Below are positions 37,801 to 50,178 of a DNA stretch of 64,000 nt, piece by piece (the first letter of the stretch is position 1; each line of letters begins with the position of its first letter). Both the position numbers and the translations under genes were made by a program. The DNA comes from Camelus ferus (taxonomy: Eukaryota): contig NC_045714.1 in NCBI RefSeq assembly GCF_009834535.1, forward strand, positions 15,066,001-15,130,000, in the 5' to 3' direction. The notes under the pieces are model-generated. The model did not search any database. It was given only the letters and a program-made list of their open reading frames with translations, and was not told the origin of the DNA.

Positions 37801-39876
37801 GTGAAGGCAAGCTCAGTGACCAGGGCTCAGCTCCTCGAGATGAGGTCATGCCACCTGCAGAAGTGAAAGCTGAGGACTCGACCAGGCACCAGGCTTGGGA
37901 AGAGCCAATCCCCAACGCAGAGCCTGAGTGCAGCGGGGACCTGCTACCTCGCTGCCTAGCAGGGCCCACTCTGACCCACAAAGAACCACCTTTCCACACC
38001 ACAGCTGCTTAGGGCAGCCCACCGTGATGACTTGCCCAGAGGATGGGAGTCTCGGCCAGCTCGGCCTGACAGGAGGCAGCCACCTGAGATGACCGCGGCC
38101 CGCCCAGTCCCGCATCCTCCCCACACACTTCCTGGTGCTGACCTCAACACATCCTACACCCTGATCTCTGTCACCGTATCTGCTCCTGGGACCCTGGCCT
38201 GTGACAGGACGTCAGGACCTCTCTGCCTCCCCACCTGGGTATATGGTTTGAACAAGCAGTCCCTGGCTTGGCTCTGCCTTGGTCCGACTAAAATGGCCAC
38301 AGAGAGCCTGTCAGTGACTCTGGCCACAGGACAGAACCTGTTCTCGTGACCGAAAAGTCAGGGCAGGAGGGGACAGTTTGGGGGGAATGAGGAAAAAGTG
38401 ACTGGGTGCTACTGCTGGGGTCAAACCAGAAAACAGGGCCTGGGCACCAGGCCCCAACAAGTGTTGGGGTGGGCACATCCGTGCCCCCAGCCCTGGGCTG
38501 CACCAAACCCACCACGCCAACCCACTGGGAAGGGGCGGGGGAGAGGCTGGCTCTCCTCTCACTACTGGACCCCACTGCCTGGCACAGGCTGAGCTGAAGA
38601 CGGACTCCAGTCTTGGGGTGTGTGGGGAAGAGCCCCATGCTGAGGTCTCAGAAATGCCTGTGTCCAAAGAGAAGGCAGCTGCTGTGGGCCTTGGAAGACA
38701 TCCTCCCCTGAGAGAAAGAGGCGACCCACAAGGACAGGCCCTAAGCCAGGACTGAGGGAAGAGGACCCAGTGGGAGAGACTCAGGCCCGCTGCTGAAGCT
38801 GAGCGCCAAGGAGGCGTGTGTCTCCCGCATGTCTGCTCCCTGGCTGTCCTTTAGCCTCGTCCCGTGCTAAGCAGCAACAAAACCTCCAAGCCAAAAGGAA
38901 CCAAGTGTGTCCCGCTCCTAGGGGAGCAACTCAAGAGCTGGAACAGCCCCGGGGAGGGGAAAGGGCGGCTCAGGAACCAAGTCGGTGACGGAAGTTGCTG
39001 ACAGGAAGGAAAGAAGGTAAGTCCAAGGTCTTCTGAGGAAAGGGAGAAGGAGACCCAGGTGCCACCTGGAGAGAAATGGTGCAAGGGGTGGGCTGGGAGC
39101 CCACGGGGCATCGCCCCAGTTACCTTGTCCCACAAAGACTGCAGCTCCTCCTGCCCTCCTAAGTCCCAGAACATGAGGCGAGCCTTTCCCACGTCCACAG
39201 TGCCGACTAGGGAAGAGAGAAAAACAGGTGAGGCTGTGGCCCTGGTCCCTGCACGCCACCTCCCAGCTCTCCTGGGGAGAAGCAGGCCACTTCAGCACCC
39301 CTCCACACTGGGGCCAAGGGGAGCCAGAGCAGTGCGTCACACACAGGGTTCTGGCCGCCTGTCTGCTGGCCTGCAGGCTTCACAGCACTCTCAGGGGCCT
39401 GTCCCCCAAACCCACAGCCCTAAGACCCTCCCTTACTGTTCAGACCCACGGTGGTGGTGATTTTGGACAGACTCATCCCCTTGTAATTCTTGTTAAACCG
39501 GGTTTTTGACTGCTCCAGGAAGGTCTGAGGGGAGAAGGAGAGAGAGGCATGAGGCAGGAACCGGAATAGTTTGCAAGACTGTTTCTCAAATATCCCTCCT
39601 TGGGGCTATTCCTTTAAAACAAAGCAAAACAGGACAACATTTTGCTTTTACAGCAGCTGGTGGTAACTGTCCCATGGTCTTATATGGGGTTTAGGTCCTG
39701 TCTGGGTGGAGAACGTGCAGCTAAAGGTGTAAAGCCAAAACGACCACTGCGGGGAGGGGGTGCTGGCGGGAACAGGCACCTACCGTCTTGCCGGCATTGT
39801 CCAGGCCCAGGATCAGGATGCAGTACTCGTCCTTCTGGAACATGTACTTGTACAGGCCTGACAGCAGCGTGTACAT
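34867..39876 (-). CDS. ARFRP1: ADP-ribosylation factor-related protein 1 (201 aa, intact)
   Basis: Exons (-): 39876-39784, 39524-39437, 39206-39124, 35979-35898, 35677-35607, 35124-35024, 34954-34867, totalling 606 nt. Motifs: MYTLLSGLYKYMFQKDEY, GLDNAGKT, WDLGGQ, NKQD, C-terminus RPPRQRDIT*. All introns are GT-AG. Confidence 0.98.
36578..36700 (+). mobile_element. tRNA-Ala-derived SINE, camelid Vic-1-like
   Basis: GGGGAGAGTATAGCTCAGTGGTAGAG (A box)...GGTTCAATTCCC (B box 36631-41)...CACCTCCATTAAAAAAATAAATAAGCCTAAT-CCCCC-A-rich tail. This matches the recalled Vic-1 layout. Confidence 0.85.
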
Positions 39877-39889
39877 CCTGCCTGGGCAC

Positions 39890-40900
39890 CCGACACCAGG
39901 AGTGGGCGATCCGGCCCGCACCCGCCTCCCAGCTTCCCCCAGGTGGCCAGCGGGGCCGTCTAGAGCCCGGCTTGGCCCGCCGCCCCTCCGCCGCCGCCGC
40001 CGCCGCCGCCGCCGTAACTGCTCCCGGCGCCCGCGACCCCGCTCCCCGACCCGGGGCTGCGGCCGGGCTTCGCTCCGCTCGGGTCTCCCCGCGCGCCGCC
40101 GCCAGCAGGCGCCTTTCCGAGGCGGGGCGCGTGGGTGCGGGCGGCGGCGCTGAGGGACTGCGGACCGGCCGCCGGGCCCAGCCCAGCTCTGCCCGCCCGC
40201 TCCGGCCTACCTCGCCCGCCCGGCCGAGCCGCCGAGCCGCCGAGCCGCCGCGGGTCTAACTCGCCGACCCCACGCCGACCCCGCGCTGACCTCGCGCGCC
40301 GCCCGACGGGACGCGGGCCGGCCGCCCGGGAAGGGGCGGGGCCGTCCCGGCGGCCCCCGCGCCGGGCACTTCCGCCGGCGGCGGCGGCGCTCGGGCGGAA
40401 GTGCTTGTGGGCTGCGAGGGCGGAAGCGGGGCGCTGGGCCTCTGCGGCCGGTGACGCCGCCGGGCGGTGTGTGGCGGCGGCCGCGAGACCACGCGGAGGA
40501 GGACCCGGCCGGGGACGCGACGGGGCCCGGGTCCGAGGTGACCGGCGGAGCGGGGACGGGCGGCGCGGGTCGCGGAGGGTGGGCCGGGCCCGGGGCCCCG
40601 GGCCGAGACTCGGAGAATCCGGAGGAGCCTGACAGCAGCTCCCGGGACGCCCGAGAAGGGAGCCGCGGCCGTGGGGCAGTGGCCAGGGGCCGGCTCTGGC
40701 TCCTCCACTCGGAGCTGGAGACCCCTCCGGCCCAAACCGGGAGAGCGGGCCCTTCGCGGCTCCGCAGGCTGTCCGCCGAGGGCGGCAGTCGGCGCAGCGC
40801 TCGGTGCCGGCCTTGCGGGGTGGCCGGTCCTGAGCTCATCTGGCTTCTTTCCCCCGCAGCGCTGGTCCTCACCCAGGGACCCGCCCCTGCCCGCCGCGAG
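39890..40900. promoter_or_regulatory. ARFRP1/ZGPAT bidirectional CpG-island promoter with non-coding first exons
   Basis: Very dense CpG. ARFRP1 exon 1 donor GAG|GTAGGC (-, 40211/40210), ZGPAT candidate exon 1 donor GAG|GTGACC (40537/8), ZGPAT exon 2 acceptor 40859/60. Inverted ETS sites at 40367-74 and 40396-403. Confidence 0.9.
39988..40014. repeat. (CCG)9 trinucleotide repeat in ARFRP1 intron 1
   Basis: Nine perfect CCG units were counted directly. Confidence 0.95.
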
Positions 40901-40922
40901 AAAGCAGCCCCCTCCTTGCAGG

Positions 40923-43900
40923 ATGGACGAGGAGAGCCTGCAGACCGCCCTCCGCACCTACGACGCGCAGCTACAGCAGGTGGAGCTGGCCCTGGGCGCC
41001 GGCCTGGATCCCTCCGAGCTGGCGGACCTGCGCCAGCTGCAGGGGGACCTGAAGGAGCTGATCCAGCTCACCGAGGCCAGCCTGGTGTCTGTCAGGAAGA
41101 GCAAGCTGCTGGCCACACTGGATGGAGAGCGCCCAGCCCGGGAAGATGCTGATTGCTTGGCTTTCCAGAAGGCCGTTGCTGAGGGAGCCGAGGTGCCAGG
41201 AGCCCCTGGGGCAGAGCTGGAGACTGTTCCTAAGGCAGAGACAGGGCCTGGACCCACCGAGCCTGAGCAGGAGGAGGAAGAGGGGGAGGACGAGGAGGAC
41301 GGGGCAGAGCTGAGCGGGAGGAAGGTGAACGCCCCCTACTACAGTTCATGGGGCACCCTGGAGTATCACAACGCTATGATCGTGGGCACCGAAGAGGCAG
41401 ACGACGGCTCCCCTGGCGTCCGGGTGCTCTATCTCTACCCCACGCACAAGTCCCTGAAGCCCTGCCCCTTCTTCCTGGAGGGGAAGTGCCGCTTCAAGGA
41501 GAACTGCAGGTAAAGCCTGGGGTCCTGGGCCCCTGTGGGGGGTGGGGGGCTTACAGATGAGACCAGGGCACGGCTGGCCCTCTGTGCTGTGTGTCGTCCG
41601 TCTCTGCCCAGCAGGGTACTGACAAGAAGAGAGTTTTGGCGGCCAGGGGATTCCTACAGCAGTGTCCTTGTTGAGAGGTTTACTCGGATTTTCCCAGGTA
41701 GAGCACGTGTAGAAAGGCTTGCTGAAAAGAATGGACGCTACCCACCCTACCATCATCAGTTGCACTGTTCAGATTGAAGCAGCTACAACTTACTTTTATT
41801 ATAGAAACTTTGTTATAGAAATTGCTGAACAGACAGGACGTTACAGAGTTGCATGCTGACTTCCCACCATCCCATCCAGCTTCATTGTTTGTTAACAATT
41901 TGCAGGTCTTGTGTCATCTTCCTGCCCCTGGATGGTTTTAAAGCAAGTTTTAGAAATTACTGGGGTTTTCACCTATAAATACTTCAGGGTGCACAAGTAA
42001 TCTAACTGATCAAAAAAGTCATTGCCACACGTAGCAAATTTAACGATAACACCTTGTTCATATTCAGGTTTTCACAGTGGTTGTGATGATGTTTTCCTTG
42101 AGCACATAACTTTAATTTTGTTTCTTTTTACTTTATCTTTGCAAGGAATATCTATGAAGATTTGTAAAATTTTTCTTTTCTAGCCAGTAGTCCAGGGTAA
42201 CTGTTTTGAGTTCTTTGGTTGTCTTATTTTTTTGTTTTGTTTTGTTTTGTTTTTTGACAACCAGGAAGTTTGTCTTATTTCTTTATAGGTTCTTGCAGGG
42301 CCCAGAGTCTTACTTGGCGCATTTCTCCCTTTCTCCTTTTTTTGTAAGTTTTGAAGAAATGCAGCGCACCTGCAGAAAAGTCCGTAGTTCATAAGCCTGC
42401 TTGAGTTCCCACAGAGTGGATGTACCTGTGTCACCAGCAAACATCAAGGAACAGAGGCGTAGGCCCTTCCATCTTTTCTGCCACTGGTCCCTCTGGAGGG
42501 TCCCCCTGCGTCCCTGCACAGGGTCCCATATGAGGGTGAGCGCTGCCGTGTCCATGTGCTGCTTCCTCTGGGCAGGCGCTGTTCCGAGAGTTTCCTACAC
42601 ACTAACTCAGGTGAGCAGCAGCCCTGCCAGGCAGGTCCTGCAACCCTCGGTTGCCCAGGTCACAGGGTCAGCCAGGCTCTGCAGTGCTCCCAGCCACTAC
42701 GCTCAGGGGCTGCTTGCTCTGTCCACCTTAGGCTGGACCAGTGCCGCCTGCAGACCCCCACATCACCACACCCCAGTCTCATAACTGTTTTCTTCATTTG
42801 CTTTGGGTTTTTAGAAGTGAAGTAACACAGATAATGTTGAAGCACACTGTGACCCACCGCTGTCCCCTCCCCTGCCGGGAGGCTCGGCATCACAGCGTTG
42901 GTGCCTCTCTCTAGTGCACGTTAGCTCTGTGGGAACATGTGTGTCTGTAAATAGTACACGGTTGTGCTTCATTTTCTAAATAAACAGTATCACCCTAGGC
43001 TTCATTTTGCAACTTGCGTGTCTCACTAAGCGTGTTGGTGGGAGAAGGCCCCGCTGGTGTCTGTGGAACTGTTTATTGTAACTACTGTGTGATTTTCTCC
43101 ACGTGAGTACACCACGTTCTATTTATCCTGTCTCCTGACGTTGTCCAGTTTTTATTACAGACAATGTGCTATGAACACTGTACTACATGTCTTTTTTCAT
43201 ACGCAGTGGGGTGAGAGCTTCCCTGAGGTGTGAGGCGTGGAGGGCACGTGCCTCTCTGTTCCTGCCCGGCAGGCAGTTTCCAGGCCCTGGTCTTCGCCAG
43301 GACCACCCGCGCTCGCCTTCTGTGACTCACGGCTTCCTGCCCATTGAAAGCTGGGGAAGTGGTCTTGATTCAACTTGTATTTTGTCAGTCATTACTGAGA
43401 CTGGGAATTCTCTCATGCACTGGCTCTAACTTAATCTCCATGTATCAGTATCCATATAAAACAGATGTAAAACAGAGATGACCATCATCTTTCGCAGCTG
43501 TTAGGAGAATGGAATGCATTAACATGCATTAATTAAAAATTTTTGAACAGTACCTAATATGTAGTAAGGACACAGGAGACTTAAAATTTTTATCTTGTTG
43601 TTGTAAATTAAAATCACATGCAGGAAGTACAGGTGTATCATGGGAATCATTGTAACACCCTAGTACTCACCGCTCAGATCAGAACTACAAATTTGCCAGT
43701 TACCCCGGAAGTTCTCCCTGTGCCTCAGCCTACATGCAGCTTTCCCCTCCTCGTCTCCCTCCTCCAGAAACCACCACTGTCCGGACTTTTCTGATGGTCG
43801 CCTCCTTATGTTCTGTATGGTCTGTCACTGGGGCCACAGGCATGAGCGTTGTAGTCTAACTCGCTCACGTTCTAAGCCTGCTGTGCCTGCATCTGGCTGT

Positions 43901-46900
43901 GCGCACCCTTTGCCCGCCGCCCTTGGACCCCAGTCTCACCGTTGAAGACCAGACCCTTTGACCATCAGCAAACACCCTGCAGCCGGCAGTGGGATCCAGG
44001 GACTCGAGGCGCTGTTCTTTACTAAGGAAGCACCTGATGTCTCCTTGTTCTTCTGTGGTGTTGGCTGCCAGTGATGCCCAACGCCTACATCCAGTGATTC
44101 GGTGCAGGTTGCCAAAAGAGATCTTTTAATTCTGTCAGTTGGGTTTAATTTACTTGCTGGAATGTTGTAGAGAGATACCTCTCCTCACCTCCGACCTGGC
44201 TACTTAGTGGTACGGCTCACATAGGGAAGGCAGGATCATGCCGAGCTCTTCTGTCTTGTTCACTTGGCCTCCCAGATAATGAATTGGTTCTCTTTAATCC
44301 TGAGAAGGTGATGAATTCGCTTTTAAAACAATGTTCAATGGCCTTATGGACTCATGGATTTAAGTATATTTGATTTTCAGTCACTGAGATTCTGATCTTT
44401 GTTGAAACTCAAATTGTCCCACCCTTGGCTCCTTTTGGCCCAGGAGTCAGGACTCCACACTCATCCCTGCTCTTCCTACTCCAAGCCCAAATGTGGCCAA
44501 GTCTCCCAGAGGCCCTTGCTTCTTCCAACAGGAGGCGGTATTTCAAGACCTCACGACAGGGGCCCTGGGACGCACTCTTGCTGGGCAGCCCCCGTTCTGG
44601 GTCTTTGCAGCAGATAGAGCCAGGAGATGGAGGTGGACACACGGATTTACACTGACTGTATCTGTACACATACTAGGTACTTGTTATTAAGGACGGAATA
44701 CCTTGTGAATTCATCATCTTTTCTGAGCCACACCTGTGTTTCCTTCTCTACCTCAAGGACACAAGAGGGTGGGCTCCAAACATCCCATAATTAATTTGTT
44801 TTACCCCATTTTACGTACATGATGCGCTCAGAATCACAACACTCTGTGATTTTTTATCTGTGATGACTGAAAACTGTTGAAAATGTTTTTACACACGCTA
44901 CCCGCGTGCTTCCTGCTGTCTGCACTAGACCCGCACCATCTCCCTTTTACTCTCAGCCTTCATCCCAGAAGAAACCTTGCTCTGTGTGCTCGACCTCGCT
45001 CCATCTGTCAGGGTCTTTCTGGTCGTTGTGGGCGTCTGAGGCCCACAGGAGGCCTGGCACGTTGCTTACCTTCTGTTTGTCTTTGCTTGAAGAGCAGTTT
45101 CACAGAATATGAGAGTCTTGGCTCATGTTCTTTCTTTGAACATTTTATATAACTTACTCCATTCTGACATAAAGTATTGTTGAAAAGTTTAATTTTTCCC
45201 ACATAAATCGGGGCTCTGATAAGGGTCTAGCTTCCAGCAGGGCTGATTGGCCAGGGCCCCGTGTTGAGACGTGACTGGTCACGTGTGTGGGCTGAGTTCC
45301 GGCTCTCATCTCGTCCGTGGGGCCACACGGTCGATTTATCCTGGGACGCACTATTTTGATGCCTGGCTCTGTGGTGAGTCTCGAGGTCAGGACGTGCATA
45401 GTCTTTTAACGCTTTCCCTTCCTCTCAAGGTGGTTTTGGGTATTCGGGACCCTTTGTAATTCTGTATCAGTTTTAAAAGCAGTTTGTTTCTGTGTAAAAG
45501 ATGGCAGGAATCACACTGGGTCTGCAGATACAATGCCAATTCTAATTCACGAGCCCAGGGTGTCCTTCCAGTCACGCTGGTCGTCTTCAGCTTCTCAGCG
45601 ACGCTCTGCAGCCTCACCCTTGGGTGGGGGAGTTTGTGGGGCTCTTCCTCGCTTTGATGCTGTTGTGAACGAAGCTGTCAGTTTCACTCCTAGCGTGGTC
45701 CTTGGTGATGTGTTGCAGCAGAGCTGATTTTTGCATGTCAGTCTTGTATCCTGCAATGTTGCCAGATTCATTTGTTAGCTCTGATGGGACTTTCTGTGGG
45801 TCATTTAGGGTTTTCTATATACACAGCCATGTCACTGGCAGATAGAGGTTATTTTGCTGCTCCCTCTCCTGTTTGGCTGCTTTTGTTTCTTTCTCATGCT
45901 TGATTGCTCTGCCCAGAACTCCCAGTACCATGTCACGCAGAAGTGGAGAGCGGGCATCCTCGCCTGCCCCTCATCGTGGGGAAGCACCCCGTCTTTCACT
46001 GCTGAGTAGGAGGCGAGCTGTGGGCTTCCCAGACGTGCTGCTTATCCAGTTGAGGAAGTTCCCTTCTCCCCCTGGTTGGCTGAGTGTTTTTATCATGAAA
46101 GGGTGTTGGGTTTTTCCAAATGTCTTTCCCTCATCAGTCGACACGCCCCTGGGTTTTCCCTTCGTTCTGTTTATGTGCTTTATTTCGTTGAGTGAAGGTC
46201 ACGTGTTGAACCACCCTTGCATTCCTGGGATAAACCACTCTTAGCTGTGCTAAATGCTTGTTCTCAGGTTCAAGTTTTTACTTAATCCTGGAGTGGATTT
46301 TTGTGAACGTTGTGAGGTAGATGACTGAGTGGTGTGTTTTGGGGTGGGTTTTTTTTTGGTATGGGAAACCAGTTTAGTTTTTTCGTGATGAAATCTGCAG
46401 CCCATCCCTTCCTGCCTCATTTGTGACGCTCGCTCTGTCCTGAGTGAGGTTGGCTGTGTGCAGAGAGCTCTCCAGGGTGTGCCTGTCATTCCGTTGGTCA
46501 GTCTCCCCCTCTCCTGGATTCACGTTCATTTTATGGGTGTGCCATTCACTGCTCCCCACAGTTGGGAATCTAGGTTATTTCCAAGTATCTCACATTTGGT
46601 TAACGTCCTTGTGGCTAAATCTGTGAGTAGTTTAGTTACTATTTGTTTAGAAGCATCTCTTGGAAGCCCTTCTGGGTTGAGGAAGGTACAAACTGTAGGG
46701 CCCTCATCTTACTGAGGACTCATGCAGGCATTTGGCTGGTGGTGTCTCAGGGTTATGTGTGTGTCAAGGGCGTATTTGACCAATGCACCCGGCGGGTAGG
46801 CCTCTGCTCCTTGGTTGAGCAGGGCTTTTCAACTGCAGTGTCCACCACAGTCCAGGTGGGGCCCGGTCTGGCAGCTGCTGGTGCCACTCAGTCATTGGCA

Positions 46901-49900
46901 GTGCCCTGGCCGCCTGAGGACAGGCAGATGTGGGAAGGAGCTGCCCAGAGTCCGGCCCCGGCAGGCCTCCGAGGCTGTCTTTGTCCGACCCGGGACATGA
47001 TGGAGGTACCTTCTGTTTTCCCTCTTGTCACTGCGAGGACAACCATGGCCCCGCTGGCTCTGGGCGGGGGGCCATGCTGTCCTGGCTGCTCCTGTGGGGT
47101 CAGAGCGGTTTCCTCTCTGCAGCAGCGGCACTCAGGGGCTGTGGGTGGCTTTTCATGTCTTTATTTGGCAGAGTTAAGGCTGCAGCCCTCTGTCCCCGCC
47201 CCTCCTCCTCCCCTCCTTCCTCCTCTCTCCCAATTTGCGTGTTGATTTCACCGTTTCACTGATGTCTAGACATCAGGGCCGCGCTGGTACAGCCAGGTCC
47301 TCCTGGTCAGCTGGGGAGGACCGAGTCCTGTGAGCACATGCCCCGCCTTGCTCACTCATGGTGTCCAGGCCCTGTGTCTGGCGGAGAAACAAGGGGTGCT
47401 CTCCTCACGGGGGGGATGCTGCCAGCCACGCTCTCCCAGGCAGTCACACAAAGGAGCTTGTCCTGGGGGCGCCCAGTCCATCCTGAGAGTGAGAGCTCGA
47501 GCACAGGGAGGATATACGCATACGCACGTGTGCGTGCCTGTGGTGTGCACACATGTATGTATGTGCAGTGTGAGCAAATGTACGTGTGCGCGTGTGTGTG
47601 CAAGCACGTGTGTGTGTGTCCCTGTCCTTCCTCCAGGGCAGCGCCCAGGCAGGTAGACTTGATTCTCCTGGGCCCGCGCGGCCCTGGTGGGCCATGTCTG
47701 AGTCTGCACCCTGCGGCCCTCTCCGCAGGTTCTCCCATGGGCAGGTGGTCTCTGTGGAGGAGCTGCGCCCCTTCCAAGACCCAGACCTGAGCTCTCTGCA
47801 GGCCGGCTCTGCCTGTCTGGCCAAGCAGCAGGACGGCCTCTGGTACCCAGCGCGGATCACTGGTGAGGCTGCCCAGGGCCTCCCTGACAGGGCCCTTCCT
47901 GGGAAGCCCTCTCCATGCATCACACGCATTGGTCCTGTGTGACCACCCCTTTGGTTGGGCATTGGGACCCCACGCCTTGGCCAGGAGGAGTGAGGCCACC
48001 CTTGGCCTCAGCCCCACCCTATTCCTGGCACCCGTTGTGGCTCTTGTCATGTGTTGAGGCCACTGAGCCCAGCTGTCTTGGTGCCCCTCCAGATGTGGAT
48101 AGCGGCTACTACACAGTCAAGTTTGACTCTCTGCTGTTGAAGGAGACCGTGGTGGAGGGGGACAGCATCCTGCCCCCACTGCGCACGGAGTCCACAGGGT
48201 CCTCTGACTCAGACAGCAGCGATGCAGACGACCCCAGCTATGCTAGAGGTATGGCTGCGGCTCGGCCTGGGAGCAGGACGGCGGGGGCGGGCAGCGTGGG
48301 CGGGCAGCGTGGGCAGCAGCCACCCCAAGAGACTCCTCCTGGTCAGGAAGAGGATGCATATCAGAGGGGGTGCTGGGTGTGGAAGCCCCCCAGAGGGGCT
48401 GGGGCTGATGAGCAAGTGTAGGACAGGTCTAGGGTAGGTCCAGAGACTCACGGACACAAAAATGCAGCCCTCATCTTCAAGAAGCACGTCAGCAATTACA
48501 GTCCCACAGGAGCCACGGGAGGGGCAGGGAAGAGAGGGGCGCCTGGTGCGCAGGAAGGAGCAGCTCCTTCCAGTGGCTCCCTTCAGGGCCCGGGTGCCCG
48601 GTGGATGGAGGAGGAGCTGCGTCCAGACAGCCGGAAAGGGAGAATTTCAGGAGGAGGATTGGCTGGCAGTGTCTGGCCCTCCTGAGGGGAGGTCCCTGCG
48701 GGACCTGTGATGTAAGCCAACAAGTGGAGGGGAGCGGAGCCCGCTTCCTGGGAAGGTGGGTCAGGAGAAGGGCCGTGCAGGATGGGGCCACCATGTGACC
48801 AGGTTGTGGCCCAGAAGCATGGAGAGGGCCAGGCTCTGCCACAAGCCCTGCCCATTGCTGTCACCACCACAGCCCTGGGTCGCCGGCAGGGAGCCGGAGG
48901 CACAAGGCATTGCAGCCCTGGCCCAGAGCTGAGCTCTTGGGCTAACCCTGGCCAGAGCCCCGCATGCTTTGGACCTGGCTGGGTCAAGCCACTGCCCTTT
49001 GATTGCGTAGTGGTGGAACCCAGCGCTGCTGACCCCGGGACCTGCAGCTCCGCCTTCGCTGGCTGGGAGGTGCACACACGAGGCATTGGCTCCAGACTCC
49101 TCGCCAAGATGGGCTATGAGTTTGGCAAGGGTAAGTGTGCCCTGCACCAGGGAGGTGAGGGGGCTCCCGCAGCTCAGCCCAGGGTTCCAGCAACAGTGCC
49201 AGCCCCATGTCCCCTCAGGTCTGGGCCGACACTCGGAGGGCCGGGTGGAGCCCATCCATGCCGTGGTGCTGCCGCGAGGGAAGTCGCTGGACCAGTGTGC
49301 GGAGATCCTGCAGAGGAGGACCCGGGCCAGCAAGGCCGGCACCAGCAGGCCCCCAAAATGCCGGGGGAGAGGGGTTGGACCTGGGGGCCGCCCACCCCCT
49401 CGGAGCGTGTTCGACTTCCTGAATGAGAAGCTGCGGGGCAGGGCCCCCGGGGCCCTGGAGGCGGGGGCCGCGCCCGCAGGGAGGAGGAGCGGCAAAGAGG
49501 TGTACCACGCCAGCAAGAGCACCAAGCGGGCCCTGAGCCTGCGGCTCCTCCAGACCGAGGAGAAGATTGAGCAGACCCAGCGAGTCATCCGGGGTATCCA
49601 GGAGGCCCTCACCCGCAACACCGGCCGGTACGTGCGGGCCTGGGCTTAGGGCAGGCTGGCCCTGACCAAGGGTGGCCGGTCCGGGGGTGCTGTGGGTTGG
49701 AGGATGATGGGAGAGGCCTGGGTGGGGGCTGGGCTGCCACGTGCAGAACCCAGGCGGAATGGCAGGCCCCTCTCTAGGCACAGCGTGACGGCGGCCCAGC
49801 TGCAGGAGAAGTTGGCAGGCGCCCAGCGGCAGCTGGGGCAGCTCCAGGCCCAGGAGGCAGGCCTGCAGCGGGAACAGAGGAAGGCAGACACCCACAAGAA

Positions 49901-49916
49901 GATGACCGAGTTCTAG
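40923..49916 (+). CDS. ZGPAT: Zinc finger CCCH-type and G-patch domain protein (514 aa, intact)
   Basis: Exons 40923-41509, 47729-47862, 48093-48248, 49011-49130, 49219-49627, 49778-49916, totalling 1545 nt. Motifs: MDEESLQTAL, CCCH finger CPFFLEGKCRFKENCRFSH, Tudor-like DGLWYPARIT, G-patch GIGSRLLAKMGYEFGKGLG, end KKMTEF*. Confidence 0.98.
41760..44900 (-). mobile_element. Multiple antisense old L1 (L1M/L1ME/L1MC-like) fragments in ZGPAT intron 2
   Basis: AT-rich decayed L1 3'-end-like text (ttgtccagtttttattacagacaatgtgctatgaacac, ttgttgtaaattaaaatcacatgcaggaagtacagg). Individual boundaries are unresolved. Confidence 0.45.
45480..46330 (-). mobile_element. Antisense L1M ORF2 fragment
   Basis: tttagggttttctatatacacagccatgtcactggcagatagag...ttgattgctctgcccagaactcccagtacc...ttgaggaagttcccttct...tttatcatgaaagggtgttgg...gttgaaccacccttgcattcctgggataaacc is classic antisense L1 RT-region text. 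Confidence 0.8.
47513..47619. repeat. Alternating purine-pyrimidine (TG/CA/CG-rich) low-complexity tract
   Basis: tatacgcatacgcacgtgtgcgtg...tacgtgtgcgcgtgtgtgtgcaagcacgtgtgtgtgtgt. Confidence 0.85.
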
Positions 49917-50172
49917 GGTTCCCATGCGCCACGCGCGCAGAGCCTAGGGGCCCTGGCCCCACTGCCCTCTGCAAGACCAGCCGTCACCCAGCGACTCAGA
50001 CGCCACCAGCAGAGGGGCCAGTCCAGCCCAGGCTAGACCCCACGGCTGGCCTTCCTGCCAGCCCAGGGCGCATGGACACTGCTGAGGGGCGCTGGGGCTG
50101 GGGGCACTTCTCAACACGAGCTTGCCCCTGAGCCCACCTGCCAGTGTCTTCAGGAGTCCGCTCAGGATGGAC

Positions 50173-50178
50173 ATTAAA
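50173..50178 (+). terminator. ZGPAT polyadenylation signal
   Basis: ATTAAA about 260 nt after the stop, followed by a GT-rich tract (gtgatgttgttgcagtgtc). Confidence 0.65.

Noticed and set aside
38022-38090. Box C/D snoRNA (GTGATGA...CTGA)
   Set aside because: It is antisense to the host intron, has no terminal stem and no recognisable rRNA guide. Chance match.
40671-40922. N-terminal extension of ZGPAT
   Set aside because: The ORF begins upstream of the exon 2 acceptor (40859/60), in probable intron 1. The conserved protein starts at MDEES (40923).
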